Source of the DNA: an uncultured Burkholderiales bacterium
GTDB lineage: Bacteria; Pseudomonadota; Gammaproteobacteria; Burkholderiales; JALYOK01
DNA length: 53,961 nt
Reading direction: 5' to 3'
Assembly (NCBI GenBank): GCA_964488915.1
Contig: CAZAWU010000004.1
Coordinates: forward strand, 1 to 53,961
Shown: piece by piece, positions 1-8,390 of the stretch
Numbering within the stretch: position 1 is the stretch's first letter
Layout of the letters: every line of letters starts with the position of its first letter
Notes under the pieces: model-generated
Told to the model about the DNA's origin: nothing
The model's database searches: none
Seen by the model: the letters and a program-made list of their open reading frames with translations, nothing else
Made by a program: the position numbers and the translations under genes

Positions 1-55
1 CATCTTCGCGAGGACCGGCGCGAGTTCCTCGAACATGATCGCGCCGGGGCGAAGT
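1..55. repeat. 55-nt exact terminal direct repeat (copy 1), circular-assembly overlap
   Basis: Positions 1-55 are identical to 53907-53961. Confidence 0.97.
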
Positions 56-546
56 TTCAGCACTTCCGCTTTCAGCGCATCTCGCTCCCGCTCCGCCTCC
101 TTCAGCGCTGCGGCTTGTCGGATGAGTAGGTCGGCGACGCCAGCAACAACAGAACCCCAACTTCCAACGCGAAAAGCCATATTGTTCAGCGCTGTTATTG
201 CCGCTGCCACCTCCCCATCCTCTGGCGGCTTGCGGAAGGCGGCCAGGTCAGCCATGAGAGCAAGCACCTCTCGCTCTAACAAGCGATTGGCTACCTGCGT
301 GGGGTCGCCAGCACCCATCTCACAGTTTGGGTCTTGAGCAATCTTCTGCTTTAGCCAGTCTGCGTCAAAATGCAGTCTAGCTGGGGCGTGAGCGGCGGCG
401 AGTTCGGCCTCGACAGCCTCACGCAATCGTATCTGCGCGACACGACTTTCGTCAGCCTTTGTCACCATCTCAGCAAGCTCTTGCTCGCGACGCTCCAACT
501 CCGCAATGCGGGCTGTGAGGGCTGCAATGGTGTCCTGGTCAGACAT
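1..546 (-). CDS. Hypothetical coiled-coil protein spanning the contig junction (continues 53906-53892; 186 aa)
   Basis: Manual translation from ATG 546 (MSDQDTIAALTARIAELERREQE...) is open through position 1 and stops at TGA 53894-53892, overlapping the next GTG; absent from the ORF track. Confidence 0.85.
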   Translation of the reverse strand, partial: MSDQDTIAALTARIAELERREQELAEMVTKADESRVAQIRLREAVEAELAAAHAPARLHFDADWLKQKIAQDPNCEMGAGDPTQVANRLLEREVLALMADLAAFRKPPEDGEVAAAITALNNMAFRVGSWGSVVAGVADLLIRQAAALKEAERERDALKAEVLKLRPGAIMFEELAPVLAKM

Positions 547-1012
547 GCCGCCAACTCTTTCCTGTTTTGATGCAATGAATGGCGTTTTCGGAAACGCCGT
601 AGCGCTTCGCGATAACCCTGTGCAGTTGTCCGCTCTCTCTGATCGCACGCACATCGTCCGCAGTTAGCTTGGAACGCCCGTTTGCCTCTCCGCGCGCTTG
701 CCGCGCCTTGTTGTTTCTGTCGCGCGTGTTCTCAGTGTTAGTCCCAAGGAATAGGTGTGATGGCTCAATGCAACATCTGTTGTCGCAGCGGTGCAGAACG
801 TGCAACCCGGGGCCTATTTCTCCAACAAAATGGAGATAGGCCAGCCGATGCGTGGAGATCAGTTTGCGACCGATCTTCAGTCGTCCATAGCCATATCGGT
901 CGTGCGAAAGGGCGCGCCACTCTAGGCATCCGGTCGCCGTTCGCGTTGCACCTTCGATAAGCCGAGCGCGAAGTTTCGCCGTCATCGGCGCTGGTGTGGT
1001 GGGGGTGGTCAT
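539..1012 (-). CDS. Free-standing HNH homing endonuclease with C-terminal HTH-like domain
   Basis: HRLAY...VLHRCDNRCCIEPSHLFLGTNTEN; tail GRSKLTADDVRAIR; start 1012 overlaps upstream TGA (ATGA). Confidence 0.9.
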   Translation of the reverse strand: MTTPTTPAPMTAKLRARLIEGATRTATGCLEWRALSHDRYGYGRLKIGRKLISTHRLAYLHFVGEIGPGLHVLHRCDNRCCIEPSHLFLGTNTENTRDRNNKARQARGEANGRSKLTADDVRAIRESGQLHRVIAKRYGVSENAIHCIKTGKSWRHV

Positions 1013-1356
1013 GGGGACACCAAAACAATGACGGTCACCCACAGCAGTTTGCAGGCGACATGGAGCAGTTGGTCGGAGCGGTAACTGATCCGATTGCTGA
1101 TTTTGGCCGCATCAATCGCGGCATGAAAACCCGCCTCACAACACCCGATGACAAGGCTTCCGGTCACGAGCCAAACGGCACCGCCTTGAATGATGGCATG
1201 CGAGGCTAGAGCCTCCGGCCAAATCTTCGCGCCGACCGGCGTCGTCCAATTCTTGGCCCCGGCGAGAAAATCACCTTGCCAAGCGTAATCGCACAGACAG
1301 TGCAGCACGATCATCGCTGCAAAAATTTCCACCGGGCCGTTCAAGTCAAGTATCAT
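1009..1356 (-). CDS. DUF3307-like membrane protein
   Basis: HCLCDYAWQGDFLA-x-AK, HAIIQG and DQLLH motifs; hydrophobic segments. Confidence 0.7.
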   Translation of the reverse strand: MILDLNGPVEIFAAMIVLHCLCDYAWQGDFLAGAKNWTTPVGAKIWPEALASHAIIQGGAVWLVTGSLVIGCCEAGFHAAIDAAKISNRISYRSDQLLHVACKLLWVTVIVLVSP

Positions 1357-1534
1357 TGTCCAAATCCTCCAGCGTGACCGGCTTGAGAAAGACGGTGTTC
1401 TTGCCTGATCCGCCGCACCAATTGCACTGGGCGTGATGGCTTACCTTGTCGTAGGGCCATGGTAGCGGCGTCATTTCCAGCCACCCTGAACCGTCACAGC
1501 ATTCGCAGTCGACAATGCGAACGTCATCGCTCAC
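1346..1534 (-). CDS. Small zinc-finger protein (DnaJ-type CxxCxGxG repeats)
   Basis: CECCDGSG and CNWCGGSG. Confidence 0.75.
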   Translation of the reverse strand: MSDDVRIVDCECCDGSGWLEMTPLPWPYDKVSHHAQCNWCGGSGKNTVFLKPVTLEDLDNDT

Positions 1535-2091
1535 GGCGTCACCTTCTCAGATAGGGCGGCGTCCTTCGTGATTCCAAGCGCCGCCTTGACCGCGTGCCGT
1601 CGCGCCCACTCTTCGCGCGGTATCTCGCGAACGCGGTCGAATTCATATTTCGCTTCGTGGTGCGCATCGCAGCCTGCTTGCGCTGCAAGCGCTTCCAAGG
1701 TCAGCTGGCATTGGCCTATCTCGCGCGGCACAGCGCCGGAAGGCCTGGAATAGGTGCGGCCTGCGATCGCGTGAATGTCAGCCAACTGAATGCCGCGAGC
1801 CTGCGCCAACTCTATGGCCTCTTCCAAGAAACGAAATGTCCGCTCATCCGCGTCCATCGCTACAGGGCCGAACATCTCGGCAGCCCATGCCAAAACAGCA
1901 TGAGGTCGCTCCCGCGCCGCCTCCACGCCGCGAAGGGCTGAGAGGAGCCGGCGGCGGTTTGAAAATGAAAGCTTACTAAGCGCGACCTTAGCCTTGACGC
2001 CATCCATGCTGAGGGCCTCAACGTCTGAAGTTGCATCACCGATCAGAGCGTCCAGCCGCTCGATCTCTGCAAGCAGTTCTGCGTCGGTCAT
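1531..2091 (-). CDS. Hypothetical protein with possible MazG-like nucleotide pyrophosphohydrolase domain
   Basis: WAAEMFG...ERTFRFLEEAIELAQA...REIGQ resembles all-alpha NTP-PPase EExxE motif; ATGA-coupled start. Confidence 0.5.
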   Translation of the reverse strand: MTDAELLAEIERLDALIGDATSDVEALSMDGVKAKVALSKLSFSNRRRLLSALRGVEAARERPHAVLAWAAEMFGPVAMDADERTFRFLEEAIELAQARGIQLADIHAIAGRTYSRPSGAVPREIGQCQLTLEALAAQAGCDAHHEAKYEFDRVREIPREEWARRHAVKAALGITKDAALSEKVTP

Positions 2092-3218
2092 TGCACCGTG
2101 CTCCCAATGTCCTGGCCCGCTGCCTGCCACTGCGTGAAGGTCTTGTAGCTGCCAGTTGGCGACTGCCAGTAGGCTCGTGACGGCTCAGCCAGCGTGTAAG
2201 TGTTGTTCGTGAACCTGATATTCGGCGGCACGATGTCACCAACGTACCCAACATGCGCCGCGCCGCTCAGCCGAATGTCGTTATTCCGAATGAGGAAGTT
2301 CGCCAGGCTGGTCGGAAATGGGGCGACTTCAGAGCGCGCGACGTTCTGAAGGCAAATCGCGTTCGTCCCATCGGCGATGATCAAGTTCCCGTATAGCTCC
2401 ACGTTCTGCGAGTTGTTGAACGCGACCTGCGCGATTTCCCAGCACGATTTGTCCAACCCCTTCACCGACGACGCGTTGCCGTAGATGGTGTTCCACCTGA
2501 TCACTGCATCCCATCCGATTTCGTGATCGATGCCGGACGACGTGTTGTTCCAAACCGTGTTGCTCTCGATGAGCGACTTGACGTTCCCGTCGTTCCAGAT
2601 CCCGCGACCGTAGTTGTCGTGAACGCGGTTGTTGCGCCAGGTCACGAACGCGCCTGCAGGGTCTCTTGTTCCGACGATCTTTGATCCGCCCGCGTCCCAC
2701 TCTGGGTCAAACCGGGAAGTGTTGTTAAAGCTGATCTCGTTATTCTCGATCAGGATGTCGATGGCGGGGCCGCCTGAAACCCCGTATCGTTTGTTGTGGT
2801 GTATCCAGTTCCCAACGACCTTGCCATTTGCCTCAACGCCGGTTTCGCATGCGGTCAACTCGTTATCGTCGACCACGCCAAGAGGGCGGGTCCGGACGCA
2901 TGACGCCGTGAACCGTTTCACTACAAACCCACGAACGGTGTTTGGAGCGGTCGCGCCATAGGCGGTTGCAAGGCCGATCGCGACAGTTCCCCGACCATCG
3001 ATGATGCACTGGCGACGTGTCGCGCAATAGACGGTGCTGCCGTCGCCGATCGTTGCAGTCGACCGCAGCCGATAGGTGCCGGGCTGCAAGCAAAATGTCG
3101 TGTTTGGCGCGCTCACGATCGATCCGAGCCGGTACGCATCGGCCGGGGTCACGACGGTGCAGGCGTCGGCCAGCCACGCGCTGGCGGCGAACAGAACTGC
3201 GATGATCATGCGCTTCAT
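2088..3218 (-). CDS. Secreted right-handed parallel beta-helix (pectin-lyase-like) protein
   Basis: Signal peptide MKRMIIAVLFAASAWLADA; repeated N/I/G-rich units (IENNEISFN, WRNNRVHDNYGRGIW, IESNTVWNNTSSGI). Confidence 0.8.
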   Translation of the reverse strand: MKRMIIAVLFAASAWLADACTVVTPADAYRLGSIVSAPNTTFCLQPGTYRLRSTATIGDGSTVYCATRRQCIIDGRGTVAIGLATAYGATAPNTVRGFVVKRFTASCVRTRPLGVVDDNELTACETGVEANGKVVGNWIHHNKRYGVSGGPAIDILIENNEISFNNTSRFDPEWDAGGSKIVGTRDPAGAFVTWRNNRVHDNYGRGIWNDGNVKSLIESNTVWNNTSSGIDHEIGWDAVIRWNTIYGNASSVKGLDKSCWEIAQVAFNNSQNVELYGNLIIADGTNAICLQNVARSEVAPFPTSLANFLIRNNDIRLSGAAHVGYVGDIVPPNIRFTNNTYTLAEPSRAYWQSPTGSYKTFTQWQAAGQDIGSTVQ

Positions 3219-3237
3219 TGGTTGGTCCTTTCGTGGT

Positions 3238-3423
3238 TCAGTCAAACCCGCCCCGGAATCCATACGCCGCTATTTCCGCTATCGCCGGCGCCGGCCGCCA
3301 TTTGACGCGCATCTGCCGCCCATGCTCAACGCCGATGTGCCAGGCGATCGATGCGCAGGCGTAGGTTACGCCGATCGCGGCGAGGAAGAGAAGAAAGCGG
3401 ATGTCGTCTTTGTGGATGCTCAT
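3238..3423 (-). CDS. Small membrane protein
   Basis: One hydrophobic helix; start overlaps upstream stop. Confidence 0.6.
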   Translation of the reverse strand: MSIHKDDIRFLLFLAAIGVTYACASIAWHIGVEHGRQMRVKWRPAPAIAEIAAYGFRGGFD

Positions 3424-4031
3424 ATCTGGCCCAATCCCTTTGCCTGTTTGTACGCATTGAAGTTGCCGATAATCCGTGACAGTTCCGCAGCGGCGCGCGA
3501 TCCCTCGACAATCTCAGCACGGCTTTCTACACCGCAACGGGTTTTGAGTTCAGCTGTTGCGCTCGGCTCGTCCAAGAACGCAAGCCTTCCGTCCATAGCC
3601 ATGGCGTCAAGGTATCCCCAAAACTCCGGGTCCTTACAAAGCAGCGCCGCCCGTGCTGCAGGCTTCATGTCTGCCCATTTGGTGGGCTTGTGTGGTTTGG
3701 GAGGAGTGCCGTTTCCAGCACCCGACACTTCGGCAGGGATCGAACCCGCACACCCTGATACGGAATGGGCCTTTGATGAAGGCGCTGGCGTTGTCAGCTC
3801 ATCACCCGATGGGTTGGCCCGAGTGTCCACTTCCTTCCGTGCTCCCAAATTCGTATGTTCATCACTCGCAAGCGGCCCAACGATGACCACCGCAAACCGC
3901 TCGCCGTCCAATCCGTCAAACGGATGCGAGCCGGGGCCGTCCTTCTCCAACTGCAGCACGATCTTGCGGCCGGATTTGTTCTCATTCCAGTTGAGCAAGA
4001 TCGCTTCCCCTTTGTAAATTGGACCGGTCAT
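3420..4031 (-). CDS. Hypothetical protein
   Basis: Start MTGPIY is ATGA-coupled to bet stop; continuous with operon. Confidence 0.7.
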   Translation of the reverse strand: MTGPIYKGEAILLNWNENKSGRKIVLQLEKDGPGSHPFDGLDGERFAVVIVGPLASDEHTNLGARKEVDTRANPSGDELTTPAPSSKAHSVSGCAGSIPAEVSGAGNGTPPKPHKPTKWADMKPAARAALLCKDPEFWGYLDAMAMDGRLAFLDEPSATAELKTRCGVESRAEIVEGSRAAAELSRIIGNFNAYKQAKGLGQI

Positions 4032-4939
4032 TGCGCGGCCCCGCCGCTCAATTCGCTTGTGCGCTTCTCGATGTATCTCTTGACCGCGAGCGCATCGGTT
4101 TTCGCACGCGCCCAAAACTCTTGAAGCGTGGCGCGATTGGTTTCCGACCATGCCTTGATTGTCGCGGCGTCTTTCGCGTCGTGCAGAAATTCAACGCAGC
4201 GGTCGGCAAATGAGCCGATTGGCACGGCTTCAAGCGGTGATCCCGGCCCCCAAATACACATCAGGCTATCTTTGCCGGCGATCAGCTTTAGTCGATCTTC
4301 AACCGCGTGCTGTTCGGCAAGCTCGCTCGCCGTCGCGTCGATCGTTGCGCGGTCCATTTCTTCGGCGGCATAGACGCCAGCCAGGTCTTCGGGCCAGCCC
4401 TTGCGAAGGGCTTGGGCCTCAGCTGTTTTGCAAATCATAACCCGGGGCATCTTCCGCCAGTTGCCGAACGGCAGTTGAAACTCGCCGGTAGGCTTCCCAT
4501 TGCTCCAGATTTCCTTGAGCGGTGCGAACTCCGACCAATAGGCGGTACCTTTGAGCGGATGCCATTGGCCGTCAGGTCCGTACTTGAAGACAGTCACCAC
4601 GGCGCGCTCGATCCCGAGCGGGTTTGTCTCAAGGTCTTTGGCGCGGTCGTCGTAAACGATTTCCGGTTCGCCTTCGCTCGGACGGTACTTGCCTGAGCGT
4701 TCGGCAACAGCGCGAAACCCGTCGATGCCAGTGATGATCGACATTTTGCGTTTCTTGGGATCGTCCTTGGAATAAACGACCGCGTAGATTTGCTTACGGA
4801 ACGGGTCCAAACCGACGCGGCGAGCAGCCTCAAAGAACAGGTTGAATTCATCGTCTGTGCAGTCGGCGGCAACTGTGCGCCGGATCAGGTCCAACTGCTT
4901 CCCGGTGTATTCTGGCCGAAGTGCTACGGCGTTGCTCAT
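4028..4939 (-). CDS. bet: Bet/RecT-family single-strand annealing recombinase
   Basis: CTDDEFNLF...GLDPFRKQIYAV...ITGIDGFRAVAERSG...WRKMPRVMICKTAEAQALRKGWP. Confidence 0.92.
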   Translation of the reverse strand: MSNAVALRPEYTGKQLDLIRRTVAADCTDDEFNLFFEAARRVGLDPFRKQIYAVVYSKDDPKKRKMSIITGIDGFRAVAERSGKYRPSEGEPEIVYDDRAKDLETNPLGIERAVVTVFKYGPDGQWHPLKGTAYWSEFAPLKEIWSNGKPTGEFQLPFGNWRKMPRVMICKTAEAQALRKGWPEDLAGVYAAEEMDRATIDATASELAEQHAVEDRLKLIAGKDSLMCIWGPGSPLEAVPIGSFADRCVEFLHDAKDAATIKAWSETNRATLQEFWARAKTDALAVKRYIEKRTSELSGGAAQ

Positions 4940-5382
4940 TTGCGTCCCTTTCTGTTTCTGTGTCGGCGCTGTGTTTCTGCTTGGCAGAGATGGCAAATGC
5001 GCTGCCCTCTGATGTTCTTTCCTGAGTATGGGTGTCCTGCCGGGCAATGTTGCTTGGCCCTGCTGTGATGGTTGAGGCTCATCAACGGGCTGCGCCGAAG
5101 GTTTTCGCTTCGCGTCACCGGCTCAAGATGGCCTGGGTTCACGCACCGTCTGTTGCGGCACTTGTGGTCAAGATCAAGGCCAGCCGGTATCGGCCCAACC
5201 GCAACCTCAAACCAAAGCCGATGCGCGACCTTCGTCTTCCATGCGCCATTGTCCTTGACGGACATCGCCCCGTAGCCATTTTTCTTGACGTGACCGACCC
5301 AAATCCAGCAGCTACTTTTCTTGTCTGGCACTGTCTTGGCCCGCAGCCGCTCAGCAACGTCGCCAACTGAAACGCCCCTCAT
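4936..5382 (-). CDS. HNH homing endonuclease with C-terminal Cys/His motif
   Basis: AHRLWF...LDHKCRNRRCVNPGHLEPVTRSEN; CPAGHPY...ICHLC. Confidence 0.9.
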   Translation of the reverse strand: MRGVSVGDVAERLRAKTVPDKKSSCWIWVGHVKKNGYGAMSVKDNGAWKTKVAHRLWFEVAVGPIPAGLDLDHKCRNRRCVNPGHLEPVTRSENLRRSPLMSLNHHSRAKQHCPAGHPYSGKNIRGQRICHLCQAETQRRHRNRKGRK

Positions 5383-5897
5383 GCGCGCCTCACAGTCAGG
5401 CTGACGCTTCCATTGGACAGCACGGCGCCGGGAACGGTCTTCTTGTCTTTCAGCGCGGCCTTGATCGCGGCCTTGTCGAGCGCCGGGTCTTGCGGCTTCC
5501 AGAACTCAGCCGGTATCGACGCTTCGTCGGTGATGACCAGGCCAGGCGCGCGGCGGCCAAGGCTCAGCGTGCACGTAGGAAGTTCAAGCGGCTTCGTGAT
5601 TTCGCCTATGACCATCGCCTGCTCAATAGCAGACCGCAGGAAACCTATCCGCGCGTCGTAGCGCGCCTTACGCGCCTCGAATTTCTCAATCGTGACGGCA
5701 AGCCCTGCGCTCATCGTCTCCGCTTCTGTCAACAGATCCACGACGCCAGCAATTGCCCCGTGCAGGTCGGTCTCGCCCTCGATCGTGTCGCGGGCGGTTT
5801 CTTCGTCCATGCCCGGCAGCTTGGACAGCGTGTCGCGCAGCGCCTCGGCGGCGCGCTTTTCGCGTTCGAGCGATAGGATTGCGTCGCGGTCTGTCAT
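5379..5897 (-). CDS. Siphovirus Gp157-family protein
   Basis: DTIEGET...ITDEASIPAEFW...DKAAIKAALKDKKTVPGAVL; next to annealase. Confidence 0.85.
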   Translation of the reverse strand: MTDRDAILSLEREKRAAEALRDTLSKLPGMDEETARDTIEGETDLHGAIAGVVDLLTEAETMSAGLAVTIEKFEARKARYDARIGFLRSAIEQAMVIGEITKPLELPTCTLSLGRRAPGLVITDEASIPAEFWKPQDPALDKAAIKAALKDKKTVPGAVLSNGSVSLTVRRA

Positions 5898-6331
5898 CGT
5901 GTTCGCACCTTGACGACAGACCCGTCGAGCTTCTTTTTCAGCCGCCACTTCGGCTTGCTTAGCTTCTTCTCCACCTCCGCCTTCGCCAGCCGCGCAACAC
6001 GAAGCCGACGCTCTTTCGCAGATTGCTTGCGCTCGCGCTTAGTGTGAACGGCGTGACCCTCCGCGAGGGAAATGATGCAGTTGTCGACGCTTGTCTCTCC
6101 GCCGTCTTTGTGGGCGATTGGCCAGTGCTCGATTTGGATGCGCTTGACGTTTTCAGGCGTGATTTCGGCACGAGTGCGCGGGCAAATAACGATAGGGCGA
6201 ACGTCTTCGCGCTGACCAAAGCATCCCCATGAGCCACAATCATTGCCGGTATCTGGGTCAATAGGTTGCACCCGCAACTGCCTCAGCAGCACGGCTACGA
6301 TCTCCCACGCCTTCAGCGGTCGCCTGCTCAC
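5894..6331 (-). CDS. Degenerate HNH-like nuclease
   Basis: QIEHWPIAHKDGGETSVDNCIISLAEGH and C-terminal KKKLDGSVV. Confidence 0.6.
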   Translation of the reverse strand: MSRRPLKAWEIVAVLLRQLRVQPIDPDTGNDCGSWGCFGQREDVRPIVICPRTRAEITPENVKRIQIEHWPIAHKDGGETSVDNCIISLAEGHAVHTKRERKQSAKERRLRVARLAKAEVEKKLSKPKWRLKKKLDGSVVKVRTR

Positions 6332-6531
6332 TTCCTCACCCCCTCTACCATGTTCCGCGCCGTCACCTCTGCAAGCCCAATGCTCTTGAGCAATTCAACC
6401 GCAAATGCTGGCGTCATTGTCGGTGTGTCCCGGTACAGAAACAACGCATGTTGCACGCGATAGACGCGGCGTGCGTGAGCCTCTGACCGGTCGCTTGTGG
6501 CGGCTCGGGAGAGGTGCTGATCCAGCGTCAT
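6328..6531 (-). CDS. Hypothetical protein
   Basis: Overlapping start/stop with neighbours. Confidence 0.6.
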   Translation of the reverse strand: MTLDQHLSRAATSDRSEAHARRVYRVQHALFLYRDTPTMTPAFAVELLKSIGLAEVTARNMVEGVRK

Positions 6532-6728
6532 GCCGCCTTCTCCGCTTCCGCGTAGGCTGCAAATGCCGCGTCGATGAAATCAAGGATGCGCAGAGTTTCC
6601 ACCGCCTTGGCCCTGTCGAGATAGGCCCCGTCGAGATTGGCCCCGGCGAGATTGGCCCTGGAGCCGCCTTCACCTAATCGCCACTTACGATGTTCTTCCA
6701 GAATTTCCTTCAGCTTTTCCGGCGTCAT
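6528..6728 (-). CDS. Short pentapeptide-repeat protein
   Basis: LKEILEEHRKW...RANLAGANLDGAYLD; three 15-bp repeats at about 6616-6660. Confidence 0.7.
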   Translation of the reverse strand: MTPEKLKEILEEHRKWRLGEGGSRANLAGANLDGAYLDRAKAVETLRILDFIDAAFAAYAEAEKAA

Positions 6729-6961
6729 CCCTCATATCTCCCATTTGCGACGAACCAAGCATCCTCAAGTTCGCTGACCGCATCGGCCCACTCATCGCAC
6801 CATTTGCCGGTCCGCCTGCATTCTTCCCACGCCTGATCCTCGCTCACGCCGCTCACGTCGTCGCCAGAGAGCGCCATCGAATAATCGAGGTTCGCCTCTT
6901 GGTTGAGGCTCTTTGCCTTGGCCTCAAGGGCGTAAGCGAGTTCGAGTGCGAAGCCGATCAC
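6725..6961 (-). CDS. Hypothetical acidic protein
   Basis: ATGA overlaps with neighbours. Confidence 0.6.
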   Translation of the reverse strand: MIGFALELAYALEAKAKSLNQEANLDYSMALSGDDVSGVSEDQAWEECRRTGKWCDEWADAVSELEDAWFVANGRYEG

Positions 6962-7170
6962 AGCGCTTTCTCGGCAAATTCAATCACCTCGACCGGCACG
7001 CTGCGTTTCGTGTGCGTGCAAACCTGAAGCTGCACCTTGACAGTGCGCAAAATCTCGCGGGCCTGCGATGCGATGGCGTCGCCTTGTGAAGCTTGTATCT
7101 TGTCGTCTTTGATGTTGTTGAGGGTTTCCCAAAGCGCTTGCTTAAGGGCGACCGCTGATAAGTTTTTCAT
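6958..7170 (-). CDS. Hypothetical protein
   Basis: ATG with upstream GAGGAG-like SD; helical composition. Confidence 0.7.
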   Translation of the reverse strand: MKNLSAVALKQALWETLNNIKDDKIQASQGDAIASQAREILRTVKVQLQVCTHTKRSVPVEVIEFAEKAL

Positions 7171-7666
7171 ACTCTCTTCTCCTCTGTCGTGACTTCGATA
7201 ATGTCCCGTTTGCTAGCGCGATTTCGTACCGCGACATCCGAGATAGACACTCTTTGCTCAGGTCTAGCAGCAGCAAATGGCATTCCGCGTATTCGCCGAA
7301 AGCTGATGCGCGGCGGCGGCGGTCGTAATCAATTTTTTTCGCTCGGTATTCTGGCTGACGGCAATACTCGACGTGTCGCGCCATGTTTGCCTTGCGGTGC
7401 GCGCGCTCTTTCTCGCGGTCTGCTGTTGCTTGATACCAGGCTGCCTTCTTGACCTTCAGCACGGCAAAGTTCTTCACCCGGTAGGCCGCGTCGTAGATGC
7501 GCTTTTCCTCTTTTTTCTGTTCGTTCGATTTATTCACACGTCTCGCTAATCCATTGCACCGTCTACTGCAGAATAGGCGCATGCCTCGGCGGTGCGCGCG
7601 GTTCACTGCGCCAGCCTCTTGCTGACCAACCGTGCCGCATTGGGCGCATGTGAATTCGACCTTCAT
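7142..7666 (-). CDS. Hypothetical Zn-binding basic protein
   Basis: MKVEFTCAQCG...FCSRRC; SD GAGGG upstream of 7666. Confidence 0.7.
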   Translation of the reverse strand: MKVEFTCAQCGTVGQQEAGAVNRAHRRGMRLFCSRRCNGLARRVNKSNEQKKEEKRIYDAAYRVKNFAVLKVKKAAWYQATADREKERAHRKANMARHVEYCRQPEYRAKKIDYDRRRRASAFGEYAECHLLLLDLSKECLSRMSRYEIALANGTLSKSRQRRREYEKLISGRP

Positions 7667-7676
7667 CCATCCCTCA

Positions 7677-7707
7677 CAAAAACACGAGCGCCGCAAAGCG
7701 CTCGTGT
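7677..7707 (-). terminator. Intrinsic terminator-like hairpin in leftward operon
   Basis: Perfect 10-bp stem ACACGAGCGC/GCGCTCGTGT, 6-nt loop, followed by T-run on minus strand. Confidence 0.7.
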
Positions 7708-7712
7708 GCCGG

Positions 7713-7907
7713 TTACTTCTGTGTTGCTAGAAGCGCAGTCAGCGCAAATTCAAGCTGTGCGATTGCGTCCTTGGCGTGGTACACGCGCCGGGCAACGGCC
7801 TCGGGCGTCTCGGTGTTGTCGGCCTCGATGGCCGCAGTGATCGCCCGTGCGGCCTTCTTCGTGTCGCGCAGGGCTTCGGTGTAGCGCTTCGTTGTAGCTT
7901 CGTCCAT
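7713..7907 (-). CDS. Hypothetical protein
   Basis: AAGGAGG SD 6 nt before ATG 7907. Confidence 0.7.
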   Translation of the reverse strand: MDEATTKRYTEALRDTKKAARAITAAIEADNTETPEAVARRVYHAKDAIAQLEFALTALLATQK

Positions 7908-7941
7908 TTTCATCCTCCTTGGCCTGAGTTGGCAGCCCAAA

Positions 7942-7961
7942 GGGCGCTATCTAAAGCGCCC
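7942..7961 (-). terminator. Intergenic hairpin, possible terminator or antitermination site
   Basis: GGGCGCT-N6-AGCGCCC followed by TTTG on minus strand. Confidence 0.4.
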
Positions 7962-7987
7962 GAGGGTAAGTCGGTGATGTGGGCGAT

Positions 7988-8260
7988 CTAAGACCGCTCG
8001 CCCCTTTCGTTTGTCTCGTGGCCCCAATTGAGGGCTTTGAGCGCCTCCGCCCGCATTGTCTTGCGGTGCGCCTGAAATTCAACGCTTCCGACATTCAGTC
8101 CGTGGTCGGCATAGTTGATGGCCTCGCTCAGGGCCTCTTCCATCTTCTCAATAAGGCCGAGGGCCTGGTTGCAGATAGCTTGATCGGTGTAGCTGCCGTC
8201 TTGCTCGCAGCGCGCCGAGAGCTTCGCCAGCCGGTCTTTAATGTCGTCCAGGTCGTACAT
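7988..8260 (-). CDS. First gene of leftward early operon, hypothetical
   Basis: GAGG SD; directly downstream of predicted leftward promoter. Confidence 0.75.
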   Translation of the reverse strand: MYDLDDIKDRLAKLSARCEQDGSYTDQAICNQALGLIEKMEEALSEAINYADHGLNVGSVEFQAHRKTMRAEALKALNWGHETNERGERS

Positions 8261-8312
8261 CTGAGCCTCTGCCCTATTTCCGCCGGGACCATTCCCGGTG
8301 CGTCTGAGGGGA

Positions 8313-8341
8313 AAGCTAAGCGCTAAACTTTACCCCGTCAA
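8313..8341 (-). promoter_or_regulatory. Leftward sigma70-type promoter
   Basis: TTGACG-17 nt-TAGCTT. Confidence 0.65.
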
Positions 8342-8343
8342 GT
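8327..8343. promoter_or_regulatory. Putative 17-bp operator 1
   Basis: ACTTTACCCCGTCAAGT, imperfect palindrome over the leftward -35. Confidence 0.6.
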
Positions 8344-8353
8344 AGGAAAATGC

Positions 8354-8370
8354 ACTTTACAGGGAAAAGT
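8354..8370. promoter_or_regulatory. Putative 17-bp operator 2
   Basis: ACTTTACAGGGAAAAGT, same half-site, over the rightward -35 (TTTACA). Confidence 0.6.
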
Positions 8371-8390
8371 TTTTGTGTCACCGTCCCGGC

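Noticed and set aside
1-55. 55-nt terminal repeat as a biological terminal repeat
   Set aside because: The length matches a common assembler k-mer and it falls inside a coding frame; best read as circular overlap.
3076-4017. 313-aa plus-strand ORF
   Set aside because: Antisense shadow of coupled minus-strand genes; no motif or SD.
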